Below, one piece after another: positions 57,712 to 64,000 of a stretch of DNA of 64,000 nucleotides. A program made the position numbers and the translations under genes. The DNA lies in NCBI GenBank assembly GCA_965198175.1, contig OZ240245.1:1920001-1984000 (forward strand), in the 5' to 3' direction. Source of the DNA: Candidatus Poribacteria bacterium (GTDB lineage Bacteria > Poribacteria > WGA-4E > PCPOR2b). The notes beneath the pieces were generated by a model. It was not told the origin of the DNA, made no database searches, and saw only the letters and a list, made by a program, of their open reading frames with translations. The first letter of the stretch is position 1. Every line of letters starts with the position of its first letter.

Positions 57712-60700
57712 ATGTTTGAAGAGGTACCCAACACAATCGATTTCGTCGCGCAGGAGCACCAAGTGCTTGACTTCTGGCGCGACAGCGATGCGTTTCATAA
57801 GCTCAAATCGTTACGAAATAACGGTCCGCGCTGGAGTTTCATTGATGGTCCAATCACAGCCAATAATCCCATGGGGGTTCACCACGCTTGGGGACGGACC
57901 TACAAAGATCTCTATCACCGTTTCAAGGCGATGCAAGGCTACCAAACGCGCTATCAAAACGGGTTTGATTGCCAAGGGCTTTGGGTGGAGGTCAATGTCG
58001 AACGTGAAATCGGTTTTAAGAGTAAAAGGGATATTGAATCCTACGGGCTGGCTGAGTTTGTCAACGCATGCAAGCAGACGGTGCTTCGATATGCTGCAAC
58101 GCAAACAGAACAATCGATTCGGTTGGGTTACTGGATGGAATGGGATGACCCTCAGCAGTTACGATATTTGGAAGCCAAGATGGCGGAAGATCCATCGGCG
58201 ATGGTCACCGTAGAAGGACCGAATGGCGACATAACCGCTACAGTGGAACAGCTTGTCGGGCGATTGGGCATGGCAGAATTGGGGGGATCTTACTTCACCT
58301 TTTCAGATGAAAACAATTACACAATCTGGTCGATGCTCAAGAGTTGCTTCGATCGCGGCTGGGTTTACAAAGGTACGGATGTCATGCCTTGGTGTACTCG
58401 GTGTGATACGGGCATCAGCCAACACGAGATTGTTACTGACGGATACCGAGAGTTGAGTCATAAAAGCATCTTCCTGCGCTTCCCGTTGCGTAATCGCCCT
58501 AACGAAAGCCTGTTAGTTTGGACAACGACGCCGTGGACACTGACTAGCAACGTAGCAGCAGCGGTGCATCGCAATCTAAGCTACGTCCTCGTTGAACAGA
58601 ATGGACATCGCATGTGGTTGGGCAAGGGGGCTTTGGAGAATGCCGTTCGAGGTCCTTTTCAGGTGCTTGAAGAAAAATTGGGCGCTGCGTTAGAAGGATG
58701 GACCTATGATGGCCCCTTCGATGAGCTACCCGCCCAACAAACCGCTGGGGCAGCCGCACAGCACCGGGTCGTCTTGTGGGACGAAGTGGGCAAAACTGAA
58801 GGGACGGGCGTTGTCCATGTTGCGCCGGGGTGTGGCGCAGAGGACTTTCAGTTAAGCAAAGCACAGAATCTGGCAGTTATCGCACCATTGGAGGCGGGCG
58901 GAATCTATGGCGAAGGGTTTGAATGGTTGACGGGTCGGTATGTGCATACCGTCGCCGAAGAAATCTTTGAAAATCTGAAGCAGAAGGGTATTGTGTATCG
59001 CCTGGAAGACTATACCCACCGTTATCCGGTGTGTTGGCGATGTGAGGAGGAACTGGTCTTCCGCCTCGTAGACGAATGGTATATCTCAATGGGAAAGCAA
59101 TTCGATAAGCCCTATGAGGAGATTACGGAAGCGGAAAAGGAACAGAATTTACGCTACCAGATGATGGAGGTTGTCCTAAACCAAACCAACTGGTATCCCG
59201 CGTTCGGACGCGCACGCGAACTTGATTGGTTGCGCAACATGCACGACTGGATGATTTCTAAGAAACGGTACTGGGGTTTAGCACTGCCAATCTACGAATG
59301 CAACGAATGTGGACACTTCCATGTCGTTGGGACCCGAGAAGAATTGAAGGAACGCGCGGTTGAAGGCTGGGAGCTGTTTGAGGGACATACCCCACACCGC
59401 CCCTGGGTTGATGCAGTGAAAATCGCCTGCCCACAGTGTAACGCCCCCGTTTCGCGGATTCGAGATGTAGGCAATCCGTGGTTGGACGCGGGCATCGTCA
59501 CTTTCAGCACGCTACAGTATCGCACCAATCGAGACTATTGGCAGAAGTGGTTCCCCGCAGATTTAATTAGTGAAAGTTTCCCGGGTCAGTTTCGCAATTG
59601 GTTCTACTCGTTAATTGCGATGAGCACAGTCATGGCGAAGCAAGCTCCCTTCAGACATATCTTCACTTACGCGACTCTGCTTGGGGAAGATGGGCAACCG
59701 ATGCACAAATCCTCCCCAAATGTAATCTGGTTCGATGAGGCAGCGGAGAAGATGGGGGTGGACGTGATGCGCTGGATGTATTGCGTCGCGAAACCGGAGC
59801 AAAACCTACTCTTTGGGTATAAGCGAGCGGATGAGGTTCGGCGCCAGTGCTTGATTCCCCTGTGGAACGTATACAGCTTCCTCGTCACTTACGCGAATCT
59901 TGACGGGTGGCAACCGGACAACAAACTCTGGGCGGCGCCGGCTGACAACTTGCGCTGCAATACTTTGGATCGCTGGATACTATCACGTCTGCAGGTCACG
60001 GTCCTCGAAGTGACAAACGAGCTAGAGACATTTGAGCCAGATAAAGCCTGCCGTGCGATTGGTCGTTTTCTTGACGACCTATCAAACTGGTATGTGCGGC
60101 GGAGTCGCCGTCGATTCTGGAAATCAGAAGCGGATGCGGACAAGGAATCCGCCTACCGGACGTTGTACAGCGTCATGGTCACGTTCACACATCTGCTGGC
60201 GCCATTCCTTCCCTTCGTCACGGAGGCTATCTATCAAAATCTCGTCCGCCGAGTTGACCCGGCAGCACCGGAATCAGTACACCACGTCGACTGGCCTCAA
60301 CCACAAGAAGCGTTGCTGGATGAGTCTCTCATTGAGGCGATGGGAACAACACGCACAGCCGTGACATTGGGGCTTGCCGCCCGCGCCACTGCGAACCTAA
60401 AGGTGCGGCAACCGCTGAGTCGCGCCTTAGTTCACGTCCCCGGTAGGCAGAAGTTAGACGATGAGATGATTGTGTTGATCGCAGATGAACTCAACGTGAA
60501 GGCGGTGGAGTTTGTGGAAGATGCCAATCAGTTGCTCCGATACCGCCTGCTGCCGGATAATCGCAAACTGGGACCGCGATTTGGAACGCGCTTTCCAGCG
60601 GTGCGACGAGCATTGACAGAGTTGAATCCCCAAGACACGACTGAAGCTGTGCGGCAACTGGAAAGCGGCGGAGCGATTGCGATCGAACTGGACGATGGGA

Positions 60701-61083
60701 TGGTCGCGCTCGCCGCAGACGAGGTCCTCATCCAACACGAACAACCGGAGGGACTGGCGGTTACGACGGGTCAGGGGATGACGGTTGCTGTTGACACACA
60801 ACTTGCACCGGAACTGGTATCGGAGGGATTGGCGCGTGAGGTAGTGCGCCACATCCAGAACTTGCGCAAAGCAGCCGACTTCAAGCTAGATGATCGCATT
60901 ATCACCACATATCAGGCCGACGAAGAACTCTGGCAGGTGATTGCTGATTGGTCGGCGTTTATCGCGAACGAAACGTTGAGTCTGGAACTTCGTCCGGGCC
61001 AACCAGAGGCAGAGGCCGCGCAAGCCGAAGACACCGTATCTGGACTCCAGTTGAAGTTAGGGGTGCGCCGGGCAAATGTGTAG
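57712..61083 (+). CDS. ileS: Isoleucine--tRNA ligase (type 2-like)
   Basis: 'DGPITAN...HHAW', 'GFDCQGL-x-VE', 'WTTTPWTL', 'GTGVVHVAP', 'W-x-ISKKRYWG', PMHKS (KMSKS variant), 'LSNWYVRRSRRRFW'. Confidence 0.95.
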   Translation: MFEEVPNTIDFVAQEHQVLDFWRDSDAFHKLKSLRNNGPRWSFIDGPITANNPMGVHHAWGRTYKDLYHRFKAMQGYQTRYQNGFDCQGLWVEVNVEREIGFKSKRDIESYGLAEFVNACKQTVLRYAATQTEQSIRLGYWMEWDDPQQLRYLEAKMAEDPSAMVTVEGPNGDITATVEQLVGRLGMAELGGSYFTFSDENNYTIWSMLKSCFDRGWVYKGTDVMPWCTRCDTGISQHEIVTDGYRELSHKSIFLRFPLRNRPNESLLVWTTTPWTLTSNVAAAVHRNLSYVLVEQNGHRMWLGKGALENAVRGPFQVLEEKLGAALEGWTYDGPFDELPAQQTAGAAAQHRVVLWDEVGKTEGTGVVHVAPGCGAEDFQLSKAQNLAVIAPLEAGGIYGEGFEWLTGRYVHTVAEEIFENLKQKGIVYRLEDYTHRYPVCWRCEEELVFRLVDEWYISMGKQFDKPYEEITEAEKEQNLRYQMMEVVLNQTNWYPAFGRARELDWLRNMHDWMISKKRYWGLALPIYECNECGHFHVVGTREELKERAVEGWELFEGHTPHRPWVDAVKIACPQCNAPVSRIRDVGNPWLDAGIVTFSTLQYRTNRDYWQKWFPADLISESFPGQFRNWFYSLIAMSTVMAKQAPFRHIFTYATLLGEDGQPMHKSSPNVIWFDEAAEKMGVDVMRWMYCVAKPEQNLLFGYKRADEVRRQCLIPLWNVYSFLVTYANLDGWQPDNKLWAAPADNLRCNTLDRWILSRLQVTVLEVTNELETFEPDKACRAIGRFLDDLSNWYVRRSRRRFWKSEADADKESAYRTLYSVMVTFTHLLAPFLPFVTEAIYQNLVRRVDPAAPESVHHVDWPQPQEALLDESLIEAMGTTRTAVTLGLAARATANLKVRQPLSRALVHVPGRQKLDDEMIVLIADELNVKAVEFVEDANQLLRYRLLPDNRKLGPRFGTRFPAVRRALTELNPQDTTEAVRQLESGGAIAIELDDGMVALAADEVLIQHEQPEGLAVTTGQGMTVAVDTQLAPELVSEGLAREVVRHIQNLRKAADFKLDDRIITTYQADEELWQVIADWSAFIANETLSLELRPGQPEAEAAQAEDTVSGLQLKLGVRRANV

Positions 61084-61233
61084 CATATCGCACCGATACC
61101 GATTTTCGGAAGGAGGGGGAGGACGGTCCTTTCCCGTCTTCTATAACACATGGATACCCTCTCACTTCCGTGTCGAATGCGTGGGCGGTCTCGTAAAATG
61201 GCACTATTACAGGAGGTGAGGTAAGGACGAATC

Positions 61234-63507
61234 TCAAAGATTCCAGAGATAGGACATTTTGATCACGAAAACCCGATCGTCCAACCTCAATTCTTCTTCA
61301 TCAGTAATCCAATCTTCGTTATAAGCAACAAAGATATGGCTTTTCGGGCTGTACTCCCAGCCGAACAGTACGCTGACCAGATAGTTCTTCTCAGTGTGTA
61401 TCTTGTCGGAGAAGGTTTGTCCACGTCCAACTTGGGTGAACACCCTCAGAAATGCATCCCGGGTAAACAGATAAGTGATACGCAACGAACTTACGAAGAA
61501 ACGTCCGTTGATGCCAGCTTCTCGATCCAAGCTCTGGGCGTAACTGCCCGATAATACCGTAGTGAAATTGCTCTGAGGTCGTAGAGTGCTAAATAGAGAG
61601 AGTTGCCGTTTCTTCCCGGTGGCTTGTCTCGCAAAATTGTAAAAATCTCCCAACTCCCCCATCACACCTACCGAAGCGGGGCGCGCACTGTTGGTTTCAA
61701 CAAAGAATCCGTATCCGTTTGCCGTGAATACATCCGTCAACTCAACTTCCCGCGCCCGTCGATAATGCGCACCTAGGACATCAAAAAACGACTCCGTAAA
61801 CTTTACACCCGCTGAGAGGTCTCCTTCGCAAGCAATCAAATCCTCTTCAAACTCTGGAGAAAGTGTGCTGTTCGGATTTTTCTCCTTCCAGTTGGTAAAA
61901 TACGCCTCGGTGTAAAGCCCTTGATGACCGCTGCCATGTCCTTCCAAAAAAAACTGATGTGAACCCAACTGAGGAGTGTAAGCCGCTTCGACATTGACAC
62001 CCTGCACCCCGCGATACATCTCCTTTTGCAGGAACCCTGTCTGATTGGTTTCAAACAAGGGATCGATCCGTTCAACCCCTACCGTGGCGTTCCAGAGGTA
62101 ATTGCGCTGACCAAATTCGATGAGATAGGCGCCGTTCTTCGTGTCAGGTCCGGGATGAAAGCTCCGACCGTATTGTGCTGACAGTCGATAGGTTTTATGA
62201 AAGAGCAAATTCGCGTCCACCCCTCCCACGCGGCTATAATCTCCCTGATTGTCATCATTAATGTGTTCTTTATTGGCGACGATAAACCCAATATTTGAAC
62301 GCTTCAAGATATCTTTTTTGAGTCGGATTGCTGAATACAACACCGCTTCCTTGTGTTCTGACGGCTGTCCAAACCCCAGCGCATCGAAACTGCCGGTTTG
62401 GCTGCCGAGCAAACCGATGGAGTAATCTCCAACCTTGCCGGTCGTCTTCGCGCCCCAGAGAATATCCCCACGACTGCCAATCCGTCGGCTGAAAAAGAGG
62501 TCCAACGGGGTTTCAAAGAAGCTGTTTCCCTCAATGAAGAAAGGGCGTTTCTCTGGAAAGCGTGTCGGAAAGCGTGTCAAGTTGATTTCCAGTTGGTCGG
62601 CTTCCACTTGGGCGAAATCAGGGTTAACGGTAAGGTTAGTCTTAAATGACTCTGTCAAGTTATACTGAATATCCAGACCTGTTCCTAGTTGATGCTCCAC
62701 CCCTTCATCCTGTTCAGAGACAGATTTTTCGTTGTCACCCTTGGACAATCCTCCTAAGAAGTAGGGAGAGATTTCAAACTGTTTGCCCGCTTCGATATCT
62801 CGAACTCGCGCCAAATGACCCAAGTCAGCCATCCGCGTAACTGCGCCGGACTGGGACATCTGCTTCCAAACGGTGACCTCGTTTTTTCTCCGATTCACGC
62901 GCTCAACGTCGAATCCCCACACCGGTTCCTCCCTCGCTGTAAATCGGAAATTTGCAAACGGGATTTTAAACTCAGCAGTCCACCCCAGTTCATCCCGCTG
63001 TGTTTCAACCCACCAAATTCCTTGCCAACTGGAGTCCGACTGGGCGTCATTATAACGATAGGCGTCGCTTTGCACGCCGCCGGGCGTCGTGGCAAATTTG
63101 TAGCCGGTGCGGTGGTCATGATGTGGATCTAGGAAGAAGGAGATAACATCCGACTCATACACATTTCCCCGACGGGTGATGCGATTGATAATTTTATCGG
63201 GAGCGGCATCGTAGCAACGGAAGCCCACGTAGAGATGATTACGGTCATAGGCGATAGCGAACGCGGTATCATCGGTCGCAGGCTGACCGCGGTCGGGGGT
63301 GAGTTGAGTGAAACCGCGTACGAACCTTGTGCTTTGCCAAGCGAGATCGTCCAATCGTCCATCAATTTTTGGGGGCGGTATGTCTTCGATTCGGTGAGCT
63401 TCCACAATATGCGTTCCTAATCCATCTTCATGTGCCCATAGTGGATTCGGAACTAGTAACAACAGCGGCAAGATGAAAGCGGATACCTGACACTGACCTT
63501 TTTTCAC
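61234..63507 (-). CDS. DUF5916 / CBM9-like outer-membrane protein
   Basis: 'PKIDGRLDD-x-AW', 'GWTAEFKIPF', 'TVNPDFAQVEAD', 'FPEKRPFF-x-EG', 'FFSRRIG', C-terminal 'K-x-SYLW'. Confidence 0.88.
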   Translation of the reverse strand: MKKGQCQVSAFILPLLLLVPNPLWAHEDGLGTHIVEAHRIEDIPPPKIDGRLDDLAWQSTRFVRGFTQLTPDRGQPATDDTAFAIAYDRNHLYVGFRCYDAAPDKIINRITRRGNVYESDVISFFLDPHHDHRTGYKFATTPGGVQSDAYRYNDAQSDSSWQGIWWVETQRDELGWTAEFKIPFANFRFTAREEPVWGFDVERVNRRKNEVTVWKQMSQSGAVTRMADLGHLARVRDIEAGKQFEISPYFLGGLSKGDNEKSVSEQDEGVEHQLGTGLDIQYNLTESFKTNLTVNPDFAQVEADQLEINLTRFPTRFPEKRPFFIEGNSFFETPLDLFFSRRIGSRGDILWGAKTTGKVGDYSIGLLGSQTGSFDALGFGQPSEHKEAVLYSAIRLKKDILKRSNIGFIVANKEHINDDNQGDYSRVGGVDANLLFHKTYRLSAQYGRSFHPGPDTKNGAYLIEFGQRNYLWNATVGVERIDPLFETNQTGFLQKEMYRGVQGVNVEAAYTPQLGSHQFFLEGHGSGHQGLYTEAYFTNWKEKNPNSTLSPEFEEDLIACEGDLSAGVKFTESFFDVLGAHYRRAREVELTDVFTANGYGFFVETNSARPASVGVMGELGDFYNFARQATGKKRQLSLFSTLRPQSNFTTVLSGSYAQSLDREAGINGRFFVSSLRITYLFTRDAFLRVFTQVGRGQTFSDKIHTEKNYLVSVLFGWEYSPKSHIFVAYNEDWITDEEELRLDDRVFVIKMSYLWNL

Positions 63508-63562
63508 AACGCAACCTTATCGTGATACGAGATAAGCGCAAAAAAACACCAGAAAAGCTGAG

Positions 63563-64000
63563 TTAATCATCCAGTGGGTTAAGATTCGATTTTGAGTACT
63601 GCGCGAGCTGCTCTGAACCAATATTCTTAAACTTTCCGTTGTTCTGATTTGTCAATGAGATCAGCAGTTGCGCCCCCCTCGACTTTTGTAAATTGATTTC
63701 AAGCCCCACAACATAAATGCTCGCATCATTTACGTTCTTCGCCCTGACGGTTTCAAGGATTTTCCTAGAATCTGTTTCGATGTAGTCTTGCCTGTTGCGG
63801 CTCGCTGTTGGAAGTCCATCAGTCACCAATACGATGATAGATGTTTCGATTTCAAGGGCTTTTTCGATGGATTCGAGGAGGTTTGTCCCTTGAAAATTCA
63901 CGATGCGTTCAGGGGTGAACCGATTGAGGTATTTCGACGCTTTTTCCATATTCTCGATCGTCGCTGGAAGCAGCGACTTGCTCATCAGTGTGGCATTAGC
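63563..64000 (-). CDS. vWA-domain protein, C-terminal part; 5' end outside the window
   Basis: 'GTNL-x-x-SIEKAL', 'IVLVTDGLP', 'IYVVG', 'L-x-x-QNNG-x-F'. Confidence 0.75.
   Translation of the reverse strand, partial: ANATLMSKSLLPATIENMEKASKYLNRFTPERIVNFQGTNLLESIEKALEIETSIIVLVTDGLPTASRNRQDYIETDSRKILETVRAKNVNDASIYVVGLEINLQKSRGAQLLISLTNQNNGKFKNIGSEQLAQYSKSNLNPLDD

Noticed and set aside
1..64000. CRISPR array, rRNA or tRNA genes
   Set aside because: No regularly spaced repeat-spacer series and no recognisable rRNA or cloverleaf sequence by eye; the 45296/45346 pair has only two short units.

Overview
Bacterial chromosomal window, about 50% GC, with no rRNA, tRNA or CRISPR array detected. The secreted LamG/CBM9 proteins with a 'K-x-x-x-W-x-x-(L/I)K' C-terminal tail, the urease/urea-ABC cluster, the sulfatase-like protein and the GTAG-type REP elements suggest Candidatus Poribacteria or a related lineage (inference only). 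Housekeeping genes include an M16C peptidase, acetolactate synthase, thiO, purE, tsaE, polA, rsgA, uppS and ileS. A sigma54-driven porin-urtABCDE-ureDABC cluster is present. Accessory regions are: (i) 1-8.9 kb, with an R-M pair split by a peptidase, further PD-(D/E)XK nucleases, an IS3 scar and a duplicated TA + promoter/structured-leader module; (ii) 36-39.5 kb, an integrase-less gene-cassette-like array with one clear attC and degenerate half-sites, carrying an RNase HI-TPR fusion; (iii) 44-48.2 kb, GIY-YIG, Schlafen/AlbA and an orphan HsdS; (iv) a methyltransferase gene between IS-like inverted repeats. The most notable non-coding signals are a candidate Ile/Thr-rich leader-peptide attenuator upstream of ileS and a SECIS-like hairpin after the UGA of an FmdB zinc-ribbon gene. 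All product calls come from motif recognition by eye; no database searches or folding programs were run.
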